Shown here: in pieces, positions 1 to 12,820 of the stretch
How positions within the stretch are numbered: position 1 is the stretch's first letter
Layout: each line of letters opens with the position of its first letter
Assembly: GCA_951406725.2 (NCBI GenBank)
Contig: OX597825.1
Location: 15,024,001 to 15,148,000 of the forward strand
Direction of reading: 5' to 3'
Source of the DNA: Octopus vulgaris
Taxonomy: Eukaryota
Length of the DNA: 124,000 nucleotides
Notes under the pieces: generated by a model
What the model was told of the DNA's origin: nothing
The model's input: only the letters and a program-made list of their open reading frames with translations
The model's database searches: none
Program-made: the position numbers and the translations under genes

Positions 1-142
1 TTTTATGGAAACATCGATTTAATGAACTAAATGAGCTAATGCACAGCACGCATTTAATCACTACGAACAAATGAAATATCTATGCTATTGAACAACCTAC
101 TAAGATATATATGTGAGTATGTGTGTATGTGTGTGTATGCAG

Positions 143-189
<47 letters not shown>

Positions 190-658
190 CATATGTGTGT
201 GTCTGTGTGTCGATATATATATATATATATATATATGGTGGAATATTTCATTCGGGAGGGGCGTACTGCCCCGATGATTTTAGCCTGGTCTCTGAGTATA
301 TAATGATCAATACGTGATGAAGTTTTAAAATAGAAACAGTTCTCTACTTCAACATGCTTTGACATGATTTGTTCATTTGTTTTTTGAGATGGAGAACATG
401 ACACAGAGAGTCTGTAACTGCTTCATTGCTTGTAGAAATGTCATCAATTAATAAAATACATTTGCAACTCTGTATTAAACCATTGCAATGGAAAAGACTG
501 ACTTCCATTGGCCTATACGTCCAACGTTTATCAAAGAATTAAATTATGTAACCACGTATATATCTGTGTAGATATGTGTATTCGTCTGCGCATGTGTGGG
601 AGTTGGTTAGTGATTGTGTTCATGTATATATGCATGTACATATGTATGTATATATGTA

Positions 659-1260
659 TTAGGGCATCCCATAAATAATGCGGTTTTCTTATACTTTTAT
701 TTTTCAAAATTAAGATACCCAAATTTCTTTTTTAATCTAAAATATACTATGCTTCATTTTGTACAATGATCTTCCATATATCTGGTAGACTTGCAAGACC
801 CCTCTTCTAAAATTCACTTGTCCCTGACGATAAATACTCCTCCTTTACTGTTCTGACCTCGTATACAGAATTCATATTTTTTCCATCCAAATGATTTTGA
901 AAACTGTAGAATGAATGATAATCAGATGGGGCAATGTCTGGCGAATATGGTGGGAGGGGAATAATTTCCAGATCACACTGCTTCAGCCGTTCAAATTCCA
1001 TCCTCACTGTATGTGGCCGAGCATTATCCTGATGGAAGACAATATTCCGTGTTGAAAACCAAGATGGTTGTTTTTCTTCTAGCGCTGACTTAAGCCGCTC
1101 AAGCTGCTCGCAGTAGATCTCCTTTGTTATTGCTTGGTTCAACTTTTCCTATCCCACCAAACACATAAGAACATCTTACGTGGATGAAGACCTTATTTAG
1201 CCTGAGATGCCAGTGTTTCTCCCTTCCTTTCCTTTCCGGCTTCGAAATTCTCACAGGGAT
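659..1260 (-). mobile_element. mariner (DD34D-type) transposon relic: transposase C-terminal half plus one TIR
   Basis: ORF 807-1142 reads HQDNARPHT...LPPYSPDIAPSDYH. Upstream sequence reads GLHPRKMFLCVWWD. A mariner-like TIR ttagggcatcccataaataatgcggtt follows TA at 657-658. Confidence 0.9.
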
Positions 1261-1370
1261 TTAGTCGGCCCGAAACCATAGTAGGATACACTTCTCCAAG
1301 ATGCCCTGCAATGGGACTGAATCCGGAACCATGTGATGGAAGCAAACCACACAGCCACACAACTTACACA
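1261..1370 (-). mobile_element. SINE family C, 5' fragment
   Basis: Matches the head of full copies at 83.7 and 97.3 kb (cttgggcaagtgtc / ggttccggattcagtccc motifs). Confidence 0.75.
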
Positions 1371-2614
1371 GTTTATTGCATTGAATCGTCAAGATATGTG
1401 TGCATGCAACCGATGTACCCACTTGGACATCTCCTGATGTTTCTAATAAAGTTTTCAGTCCCAATAAACTCTGCGGCATTATCCATAACTCTTACATTTT
1501 TCTCAATGTTTAAAATTGTAAAATTAATTTATGGACACCCTATTTAGAAAAAAAACAATCTGTTATATACGTATCTCAAAACTGCTGTCTTTCTGTGCCC
1601 TCATACTCGTCTTTAATACCAATATTCTTTATTAACATTAATACTTTTGGAAATTATATATTTGTACTGGTTATTCTTGTCCCTTTTCCAGTTTGTGGTA
1701 CTGTAAGTGTCCGTTTTCTTCTATTTCTTTTATTTGACATGGTAAATTTAATTTGAGGGAATGCTTGTCAGCAGGTGAAAAGATATTAATAGTTTTGCAA
1801 TTTTTTTTTTTCCTTTTGTTTTACTTTCGATTAAGATGTTTCTCTGGCATTTCTAAATATAAATTCTTTCAAACTTTTCAGAAATGCTTTCAAAACACCA
1901 AATGCAAATGAATTAACGATTGTTTCCCTCGTCATATTATAAACATCCATTTCGATATATTTTCTTTATTAATAACCCCTAGCTCATTTCTAATTCATGC
2001 CGTTTTGACTTAACCTGTTACGTACGCCATATGAGAGAAAGCAAATATTAAAATTCGTTTCTAAATGGATACAACTGAATATAAATAGAATTATACCTTG
2101 TTTCCGAGCAATAGTTCCTTGCAGAATAATGAATAAATCAATTTCGACAAGATTTTTTTTTCTGAATTACACTTGAAGTGAACTTCGCGTAAAATAAATT
2201 TCAAAAATTTCATTAGCTGCATTTTTTGGATGAGAGAACTTTACCAGTTTATATTTCATTCTGACACACACTTTATATTTCATTTTCTTAAACAAAAACT
2301 ATGTTGTACTATCATCGGCCGGTTTTCGATTCATTTTTATTTAAATGATACACGGATTTAATCTGCTATTAATATTTTCAATTCACGGTTCTTAATTATT
2401 TTTAGGGAAGTACATTTTCCCTAGCGCCATTGGCCAGCACTATGTGATACACAAAAAGGAATCCGACCGAAAAAAGGGGGTCAAGATGCTATAATTATCC
2501 CATATTTCTCCTTCAAACTGCATCTTATTTTAGATTCTTGTTTTATTATTTTTTTTACATTGTTCAATGTAATTAAATGCGATGGGTCAGTTCAAAACGA
2601 CTTTGATTGCTTAC

Positions 2615-2690
2615 TTGATCGATCGCTCCAGAATTGGTAATCGAAAACAGCAACAACAATCAAAAGACCAACAACAACTGTAGCGTGCAT
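2615..2690 (-). CDS. candidate first coding exon encoding a signal-peptide-like N-terminus (MHATVVVGLLIVVAVFDYQFWSDRS)
   Basis: ATG, hydrophobic core, then a donor CAA|GTAAGC in phase 1; lies in non-repetitive sequence. No homology recognised. Confidence 0.35.
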
Positions 2691-3050
2691 ATTGGTTTTA
2701 GTCACAAATGTCACTCATCTTGTTGTCTACATCTGTATCGTAAATTCTGCTACTTGTTATCCACGCTCGCACACACAGGCAGATGCTATAGCATTGTCTC
2801 CGCGTAACAGAGGTTATCAGGACGGCCATATAATCGCTTTCACATAAAAATAAACAATAATCCCTACATTACATTACGTTATGCCAAACCTGAATAAGAT
2901 AACATTATACACGTATGAATACAATATATTAGAACAATGTTCAAATTCAAAATTTCTTCAACTTTCGGCAGTGCTCCATATGTAGTGTACAGTATCCCTA
3001 ATTAAAATAATACGATATCGTTTAGTTTATATCACTGCACATGTACATGT

Positions 3051-3395
3051 GAAGGCGCGTGGCTCAGTGGTTAGAGGGTCGATCTTACGATCGTGAGGTT
3101 CTGAGTTCGAATCCCGGACCGGGCTGCGTGTTGTCTTCTTGAGCAAGACGCTTTATTTCACGTTCCTGCAGTTGACTCAGCTGCAGAAATGAGTTGCGAC
3201 GTCACAGGTGCCAAGATGTATCGGCCCTTGTCTTTCCCTTGCATAACACTGGTGACGTGGAGAGGGGAGGCCAGTATGCAGAGCGACTGCTGGTCTTCCA
3301 TAAAAAAAAAACAACCTTGCCCAGACTTGTGCCTCAGAGGGTAACTCTCTTGGTGCAAGCCCATGGTCAGTGTCTGACCGAATGGAGTCACAATA
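3051..3395 (+). mobile_element. SINE family A (tRNA head plus CORE-like domain), full length
   Basis: A/B-box head ggctcagtggttag...gttcgaatccc; CORE-like cttgagcaagac...actcagctg; 12-bp TSD acatgtacatgt (3039-3050 / 3396-3407). Confidence 0.9.
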
Positions 3396-4093
3396 ACATG
3401 TACATGTATCTGAATTGTGTTGGTATATGTACCTCTTATTGATCAGATCTTTCGGCATATAAATGAGATTTATATTTCACTGGCGCGTCTCCAATACGAA
3501 AAATACACACTGTTCCAATGGCCCTTAAAACGGGAAAAGGATTGCTGATATTTCTTTCATTTGTATATCGACACATTGTAGCAATCAAATATATATTATA
3601 TAAACCACAGTGGACACACATCTATTCTATTCAATATCTACTTGAGAATTCGAATCAGAGTAAATTAACTATTATAGAAACGTTTCCCAGTCGTCATTGT
3701 AAAAACGTGAATACAGTTGAAATCAACTAGATATAGATTTTTTCTTCTTTACAAACTGATTAAATCATCTCATAATTCAATCTTTCAGTATCTGAAAGAA
3801 TATTTTATTTGGTAAATTAAGTGAAAGAAAGACATTTATTATCGAAAATTCATTGAGAAAAATTGTATTGAATATAAAATTGTATTTGATATGTTCGTAT
3901 GAATATCATGTGACACTGAAATGGAGAACATATGTAGAACAATATATAAATATACACCTAGTCAACAATAATAAATAACATATTTAGAGAGAGTCTAGGT
4001 CATGAGTGTGAGTTCAACGGTTCAATTATTCTTATTCAAAGCACCTATATACATACATATATTGTAAATCTTTTCATATATATGCATACATAT

Positions 4094-4443
4094 GTGATAT
4101 ATATATAAAGGAAATGAAGAAAATGCTGACAAAATAATTTAAGTAAGGGAGAGTCTATTTAATTAGGTGAAAGTTCTTTTTACCGGTTGCGCATTTGTTA
4201 TGCTTATCAAAAGATATTTTTTTAAGAGAGATAGAGTTCCTTTCTGATAGATTTTTTTTCTCTTATAAGAGATAAGAGAAAAAAATCTATCAGAAAGGAA
4301 CACTATCTCTCTTAAAAAATATCTTTTGATAAGCATAACAAATGCGCAACCGGTAAAAAGAACTTTCACCTAATTAAATGGACTCTCCCTTACTTAAATT
4401 ATTTTGTCAGCATTCTCTTCATTTCCTTTTTTTATATATCACA
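4094..4443. repeat. long near-perfect inverted repeat (arms ~170 bp, ~5-nt loop)
   Basis: 4094-4267 is the reverse complement of 4273-4443 with only a few mismatches. Confidence 0.95.
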
Positions 4444-4535
4444 ACTCGTGTTCTACATCTCCTTTTTTAAATATATATATATATATATATATATATTGAT
4501 ATAGATATATACACATATGTATATGTATGCATACA

Positions 4536-4596
<61 letters not shown>

Positions 4597-4604
4597 CTAT
4601 GTAT

Positions 4605-4675
<71 letters not shown>

Positions 4676-4678
<3 letters not shown>

Positions 4679-4920
4679 TTGGTGTTATGCAAAAGTGTCG
4701 AAAGTCGAAGGCGTTGCTTGTTCAGAAAACGAAAAAATAGTTTCACCATTCCATGACAAAACCGTTGTACTATACTTTGATAATTTTTCATATTTTGGCA
4801 TCTGAAACAGCTGGAGATACGATAGTTTGACCAAAAGAACCGGCTATTGCGAGCAAAATTAAATAATAATACAAAAACGCACTTGGCCAGGTTTGGACAT
4901 ACGACAGTTTTACGTAACAG

Positions 4921-4925
<5 letters not shown>
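4676..4925 (+). mobile_element. Penelope-like terminal fragment between (TA)n tracts
   Basis: Flanked on both sides by (TA)n; contains gaaacagctg, the 3' half of the hammerhead-like motif seen in other copies. Confidence 0.45.
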
Positions 4926-4961
<36 letters not shown>

Positions 4962-5844
4962 ATCAATCTCCCTCTAAGTATTGATAGAGAGATAAATAGA
5001 TGCACGTATGTATGTATTTAGCTATGAATGGATGTATGTTATGTATGAATGTGCGTGTATGTATGTGCGTGTGTGTCTGTGTGATTTGCATCGAGTCAAT
5101 ATATAAGCACATACATTCTAAGAACTTGACGTACTGATTGCGAAAGGCACTAAAATAGGTATATGATATAGATTAAAAACCTGATAAAACATCCTTGAAG
5201 AGTAACCTAAGGGACTATCCATCATAGACAGCAGAAGAATTCTACATGACTTTCTGGTCATGTTTATGAACAAGAGTAAAAAGTTGAAGAAAACCTGGGA
5301 AGTGTAGGGACTTTTTACAGTAACAGTGCTCACAAAAATCAAATATTATAGAGCATCTGGTTTGCAAGGCTATTCACATTCATTCAGGATATTATTCCAT
5401 TCTCTTATCCTACACTTGGAATTGAGATGAAGTAAAAAAGAAAAAAAAGAAACGTTAAAAAGCTATGTCTGAAATATTCTGTGTTCCTGTAGCGATCGCA
5501 ATTTACTTTATTAATAGTTAATTTCCCCCCAACGAGCACCTGTGCAGAGAAGTAAGGTGCCTGTTTTTCGAAAAACCTTTTTTTAAGCATTTTCTCTCGT
5601 GTTTATCTTGCACATAAATATCCATATTTAATAAGTTGTGTAGTTCTAATTGAAGGATATATCCGGCATGTTTATTATTTCCTCTAAAAAAGAAAATGAG
5701 CGAAAACGATATTGCTACGTGTATATGTTTGTGCATACGTATGTACGCGAGAGGTTGTATAGATATATAAATATTTATGACCATATGTACATGCATAAAT
5801 GTATCCAAGTATGTATATTTATGTGTGTGTATGTATATATATAT

Positions 5845-5891
<47 letters not shown>

Positions 5892-6244
5892 TATACGTAT
5901 ATGTATATGTATAATATGTGATATATCGATTTTTGCCACGTTTAACTCACACCGTATGTATAAGAAGATATAAGCGACTTGTGTTTATTTATGATATCTT
6001 CGAGAACAGAAAAATAACAGAAGCCTAAATAGTTTTCATAGAATTTTGTCTTGGCATCAATGAAAGTGTTACCCCTTTAACTGTCCATAACTCTTCTTTC
6101 CATACATAAAGCTTTGCTAAATACAAGAATATTTACAATGAAACAAAATGAAACAAAAGACATTAGATTCTAAGATGTATGCATTTTCGGTGCAAATTGG
6201 ACAAGCTTCTTTATCAAGTTCTCCAAAAGAACGTATTTTATAAG

Positions 6245-6289
6245 CAGTATTTCTGAGGCGCGGAGCTGACATTCATAATCGATCTCTAG
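6245..6289 (+). CDS. candidate 45-nt phase 1-1 exon (VFLRRGADIHNRSL, ankyrin-like GAD motif)
   Basis: Acceptor ttttataag|, strong donor CTAG|GTAAGT, open frame. Very short, so it could be chance. Confidence 0.2.
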
Positions 6290-7429
6290 GTAAGTCCCAA
6301 GAGGCGATCCAAATTAGTCATCTTTTCCTCTGATTTCACCCTCCACCCAGTCAGGTATAATATAAATCGCTTTCCGTGTCTATATTTAGTGTATTTGTTA
6401 CAAGACAACGTTAATCAAAATAACGATAAAACCACATTTATATGTGTATTTGCATGTATGTGTGCTTATGTGTTTGTGTGCGTGTGTACAGAATTTGTTT
6501 ATTTTAGGACTTTTGTTATTCCACAATGTCACGTAACTATTATATGATATTATCAGATACCAAACTAATGAGAAGAAACAGAAAAGAATTCCGTGATTGC
6601 GGAATAATGAAGACGCGCATGGAAAACTTTGAAAAATCAATCTAAGAAACTAAAGTTTACTGTAACACCTCTGATATAACACGGAGACACAGTAAAGTAA
6701 TAGAAAATAAGGAAATATGATTTGGTGCATTAAAGGTCATATCTAAACTTGGCACTCACGCAAGAGATTATCCAGCAAATCGACTTCAAATTAAGCAATA
6801 AAAAATAGAAAAGCAGATGATTTAGTTGGAGAAGCATGTGTTACTTCCCAAGGGTTGGATTAAAATATCTGAAGAAGCATTCTGTTATTCACATCGTTCG
6901 TGTAACACGGGAAAGACTTGAGTGCTGGTATATAGAGTCAACAGAAAATTTCCGTTGCAGCATTAGATGTAATAAAGAGACGAGTTACAAACTTAATTCT
7001 TTTGTGTCAGGGGAGAATCATGTTGTGTTTGTCCATGTCCGTGTTTGTGTATGTGTAAAAATAAGAAATAAGTGGAAATTTTATTTACCGGTGAGTGTGT
7101 TACATTATAAGGCACAAATGGAAAATGACTCTCTCCAGACACAACAGAATATGCTTCAACACACGAACTCATATAAATAATCTTACAAACCAAATCGAAA
7201 AACGAAATACAAACTTAATGTTTATGTATTAGTTTAGCAAGTTTCTTCGCATGTAAGTCGAATAAGTGGATCAGTTCCTCTATATCAACACTATGACATT
7301 CCACGTAGACCACGCTGATCATTTCCACGCATATCTCCATAGCAAAACCAACGTTGATGGATGGGTATAGAGATGATGAATATATGCTATTATGCAGGCC
7401 TTCACCTTCACGTTGCAGGTGCAGATGCA

Positions 7430-7960
7430 TTCATTAATTCTACATAGGGCGTCCTCCGTGCTGTCAACAGACATCCAGGAACATCCTGATTATGAGGCGA
7501 AGTATTATAGAGAGGAGTTACAAACCGAACTGGAACATGGTGGCTCGAGAGATTGTAAGTCTGTAAATCACGGCACAAAAATCAGACCGACTAAGGAGGC
7601 CACGCATATGACAGAATGTAAACCGAAATACCACAGAAAACCCGAATTGAATAGCAACACTGCTACCCGTCAACCTAACGCCTGAAGACAGAACAGTACA
7701 CAGAAGAGACAAGGGGACACACACAGATACAAACGGTACAATATACAAACCGTCACACATGCACACGAGACACAGAGACATATGCGAGACATATAGACAA
7801 GCACACACATACTCAGAGTCACAGATGCGGACGATTGTGCAGGCAATCATATGCACCATAGAAAGGTATCATGGAGTAAACACTGAGGCCAGAAAGAAGG
7901 GGAGGTAGTGTGAAGAAAATAGAATGGTTATTGTGGACATCAAATGATGCAACGTAAGAG
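7430..7960 (+). mobile_element. decayed Penelope-like GIY-YIG endonuclease C-terminus plus terminal region
   Basis: Frameshifted YKPNWNMV...KIRPTKEATHM...ELN resembles the PLE R-x-KEA-x-HI...LN end; adjacent to (TA)n. Confidence 0.45.
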
Positions 7961-8016
7961 CTTTTACGAAGCTACCGATAACTAGTAATTCAAAGGAGCT
8001 ATTAAATACGGTATTG

Positions 8017-8020
<4 letters not shown>

Positions 8021-8064
<44 letters not shown>

Positions 8065-8307
8065 ATAATGAGGGAGATAAGTTGAATATTAATTTAATTA
8101 ATATCAATTTAAAACCAGTAGCCTAACATACAACAATCTGTAAAATCAGAGAAAATTCTAATACATGTGTATATTTAAAGGGCTAAAAAGCCACTAGGAG
8201 GTCAGCCGTATGCTAGAAGTAGATCACCTACGTAGGTGATCGTAGGTGATCTACTTCTAGCATACGGCTGACCACCTAGGTTTGTTTTTAGCCCTTTAAA
8301 TATACAC

Positions 8308-8313
<6 letters not shown>
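8021..8313 (+). mobile_element. Penelope-like fragment ending in a ~70-bp-arm inversion
   Basis: The 5' part (tgagggagataa...atatcaatttaaaaccagtag) matches the 69.6-kb repeat unit; 8161-8232 is inverted at 8241-8313; (TA)n on both sides. Confidence 0.75.
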
Positions 8314-8369
<56 letters not shown>

Positions 8370-9911
8370 TGTAGACGTGACGGCGATGGCTAGAATGGTT
8401 GTGGTGAGTATTGACTTAAGATAATACCTATAACGAAACATTTACTCTTCACCAACAGAATTTTTGGTGTGATTGTATGTATAGTATGTATGTCAGATAG
8501 TATGTTCACATACTAGTATGGTGTGATAGAGTATGTATGATAGTATGTATCCACTGAGTAATGACATCTATAAACACTGAATTTCTTCTCGGGAACCACA
8601 TATTCATTTAGTACAGATTTTAGGTCAACATTTTATGACGTGGTGTTTAAAGTACAAGTTTAATCACATTCATTCTCGTAGAGCGCAAAAAGGTTCGTTA
8701 GTGTAATGCACATGATTCTTAGTATTAAAACTTTTCTCCATTGAGCGGGAGAGAAGAGTCGTAAATCATTGTCAATATTAAAATTTTTAATGTAGCATAT
8801 GTTTAGTCCCACTTCTTTTTCTTTATTCGTATTTCTACGAAAGTACGTGTAATGAACGAAATGATACTTTCTGTATGAATGAGTGCAAAAATCTAATTGC
8901 ACCATTTATTTAGTTTCTCTTGATTTATTAGCATTTTTGTTAAACCATACCGGTACTGAACGAAGGAATACTTAGTAGACTGTGTTGGACTGTGTTTTCT
9001 GTTCGGAAGTGAGTCCGTGCCTATTCAGTAGAAAATCATGTTTAACTAGAATTTATATCATGTTCAGCCTTAATTGAAGTTTATTAAGTTTTCCTATATG
9101 TTTCAAACAAAATTAAACTTCAGTCATTCTAGCATCAATTTATCGTCGCTAAGCCTCGAAATAATAGATATTTATAGCGTTCAGAGATATTATACTGATC
9201 AGATCAATCAACGGTCTCTATTATTGAAGATAAGATTCAGTCAAATTCTAAATCTGTTTCATGTTTGAAACAGCACAGTCACGCAATTGAATACTTATAA
9301 GATCAATATGTTTCCCTATCGACCGCATTCTCCACATTGCCAACGCCAGCAATGTTATCAACGAAAGCAGACAAAATAAGACAAACGCTACCAACGAATC
9401 TCTTCATACGTATTGCCATTATAATTCATTTGCTTTTATCCATTCTTTATTTATATAGAATTTTTCCCATGAAGAAAGGTTGAAGATTAAATGTGGAATG
9501 GAAATTATATGAAAATGAGTTTTTAAAAACCTTCCACACACATATATTTTGTACCTGGACGTATGCACACGCACAAACACACACACAAACGCACACACTC
9601 AAACATACATACATACAGGCATATATACACTCATACATAAACACACAAACATATATATACATAAGTACTTATATATGTATAACGTATTTATATATAATAT
9701 ATTATGTAAATGTATATATATATATTGGTGTGTCTGTGTGTTTATTTATAAGTGTGGGCGCGTATGTGTACTTAAATGTATGCATAATTGTTTGCGGGTA
9801 TATATTTTTATCTTTATGTATCTAGTTCTTACCCGTTGTTACAACTATTCAAGTAAATAGCTCATCACGAAATCTACGGATGCGAGTGCGCGTGTATGCG
9901 TGTGCATCTAC

Positions 9912-9954
<43 letters not shown>

Positions 9955-9958
<4 letters not shown>

Positions 9959-10290
9959 ACAAAAAAGGGGATTGGAAATGGTCGGTAGTATTACACGTGT
10001 CGCATTTGTTAATAGCAATTGCAAAGCTTTTATATGTTAGACAGATATTTTAGGAATGTCCTATCGGAAATTCGTTAGACAAAGAAATTAAGTGATTATC
10101 AAAATTTTCTGTCTGAGGACGACTAAAAGGAAATTCATTAAATGTCGGTCTAGGAATGTAAAACTTTGTAACTCATATTAGCAAATGAAACATATGTAAT
10201 GATGAATAAATAGGAACAGAACATTTCCCAACGTCCTGTTTTTTTTTATACAATGACTCTGCAAATAATACTTCCATAATTCTCAATTTC
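9955..10290 (+). mobile_element. Penelope-like terminal repeat fragment
   Basis: Starts at (TA)n; degenerate ctgaggacgac...gaaa motif typical of PLE ends. Confidence 0.45.
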
Positions 10291-10489
10291 AGTTTGTATT
10301 TTGCACTAACACCCAGAAGCGACTGAGGCTAAATATTCGATTCTAATATTGAAATGAACGCAGGAGCTTCAATACAGTTGCGATTTAATCTACCTACCTA
10401 ATATACATATATATATTTACATTCACACACACGCGCGCGTAAGATCAAGATTTCGATTCTCGGCGACATGTTGTGTCCTTCAGCGAGGC

Positions 10490-10710
10490 CTATTATTTCT
10501 CGTTGCTCAATCCCACTCAGCTGGTAAATTAGAGTTGTACGTGTAATTCAAAGGGTCAGACTTGCCGCATTCAGTGTGTAACATTGAACCTCCCTTCGAA
10601 CTATGTTAAACCTACACGTACCACTGGAATGCTTAGCCACTTGCACGTTGATTACTTGAGCGAGCCGTTCCGCTGGAACACTTGCCGTCGTAATCGACGG
10701 AGAGCTAGGT
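10490..10710 (+). mobile_element. degenerate SINE (CORE-like plus family D tail)
   Basis: cactcagctgg plus the tail cttagccacttgcacgtt...gtcgtaatcgacggag. Confidence 0.6.
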
Positions 10711-10758
10711 CAGTATGGTCAGTATACGCGCACACTCACATATGTATATATATATGTA

Positions 10759-10821
<63 letters not shown>

Positions 10822-10831
10822 ACACACACAT

Positions 10832-10867
<36 letters not shown>

Positions 10868-10874
<7 letters not shown>

Positions 10875-11120
10875 ATATAATATGTGACAATTATACGGTT
10901 GCTATAATAAGGCTCGAAGTTTCGGATGTCAGGGCGGAAACCTGCTCCAGCATCTTTTCAGTTATCGAGGCAATCAAAATATGCTATGAAAATGACCGTT
11001 AAACAAAAGGAAATTACTATGTAATTGACCGTTATTAAGACTATAAAGCTATTAGAATGAGCGTTCAATAACGGGAGGAAGTAAAAGTTAAGGGAGTAAA
11101 AATGCTCATAGCAATCGCGT
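10868..11120 (+). mobile_element. dispersed (TA)n-anchored repeat, probably Penelope-like; homologue at 57063-57300
   Basis: Collinear similarity (aatatgtgacaattat...gtttcggatg...aaatgaccgtt); both copies start right after (TA)n. Confidence 0.65.
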
Positions 11121-11415
11121 ATATGCATTATAATGTTTTACGTATCTAAGTTGTAGTATATACTAAAGTTTCTAGTTTCTTCCATTAGTTTGAAGCTTTA
11201 TTCGCTTCAAGTATTGCAAATGTGCACATAATTAGATGCTTCGTAACAAGGATAAAAATTAGAATACAGATGTATACCGATGAGATGCGCTACACTTATA
11301 TTTCTGTTACATTTTTGAAGAAAATATCTTGGAAACAATATATAAATCATTAGTTTTGAGGGTTTGTCGGCAAGAAATTAAGGATATTTAATATAATTAT
11401 TTTTTATATATTTAT

Positions 11416-11716
11416 GCGCCCTTTTCAAACCTAGCCAGTCTCACGGGCCCGGTTTCCCGGTTTCTATGGCGTATGCGTTGCCCCCAGGTGGACAGGACGC
11501 CAGTCCATCGTAGCGTCACTCAAGAAACAGAAAAAGAGTGGGAGAAAGTTTGGGCGAAAGAGTACAGCAGGGGTCGCCACCACCCTCTGCCGGAGCCTGG
11601 TAGAGCTTTAGGTGGTTCCGCTCAATAAACACACACAACGCCCGGTCTGGGAATCGAAACCGCGATCCTCCGACCATGAGTTCGCTGCCCTAACCACTGG
11701 CCCATTGCGCCTCCAC
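11416..11716 (-). mobile_element. SINE family D, D2 tail variant
   Basis: Head tggaggcgcaatgggccagtggttagggcagcg...gtttcgattcccagaccgggcg. Confidence 0.85.
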
Positions 11717-12479
11717 ACCTAATATAATGAAGGATATAAATATTTTCATAGAGAATATTTTAGAAATGATGCCTGCATGCAATGAACTAAGGGTTTTCTT
11801 CAATTAGGTTCTGATATCTCTAATATTGATTTGGTTATTTTGATATCGTTTAAAATAGAGTGAAGATCATCCTACTGTATGTTAGACCTCAGGGAATTTT
11901 CTCCAATTTGTGAGAGGGAGGAGAAATCAGGTACACAAATATCGATAAATTATAAAGAAAGGAAACAAGAAAGAATTAATGAAATAAAGAAAATATGTAT
12001 TGGATGGCGCATTTGTTTCATCGATGCCAAAAGTGTGATATACAAAACTGAACTTCACACGAATTGAACTTAGTGCCATGAGGCTATACGAAAGTTATAC
12101 CAAAACTGGCAACACTGCCAAGTTTGCGGAATAAGACAGTGTGCATAACCCAGAAATTAGAAAAAAGACAAAAACCACAATAAAAGCTAGCAAAGATCAT
12201 TCCGAATAGTTCAGAATGCTAAGTGATTATCGCATATTTCCTGTGCATAAATTTGTTATCGTGTTGGTTAAGTTTTCATTATACAGCATTTTTAAACAGT
12301 TTTGTTTCAGGCACGTGTTGTGAGATGCCGAGATGCCTTTTTCCTATAATGCTTAATGTGTGTATTTTAGCCACACAAAGAATGATACTGTATGAGTGCA
12401 TTAAAAAACATTCACACAATATATTTTATAATTTAGATATACGCCGTGTGTGCATGATGTGAATGCATAAATTTAAATG

Positions 12480-12566
<87 letters not shown>

Positions 12567-12687
12567 CATATATATATATATATGCATATATATATATATA
12601 TATATCATTTTATATATATATAATGGTCCTTTTACATACTGAACACTTGGTGAAATTGATTAATTAATTAATTTTACCCTCAATTGT

Positions 12688-12820
<133 letters not shown>

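Noticed and set aside
3051-3125. tRNA-like heads here and at 11.7, 48.1, 48.7, 59.9, 106.4, 111.9, 119.2 and 121.5 kb
   Set aside because: They run directly into SINE bodies with TSDs and lack a complete cloverleaf, so they are not tRNA genes.
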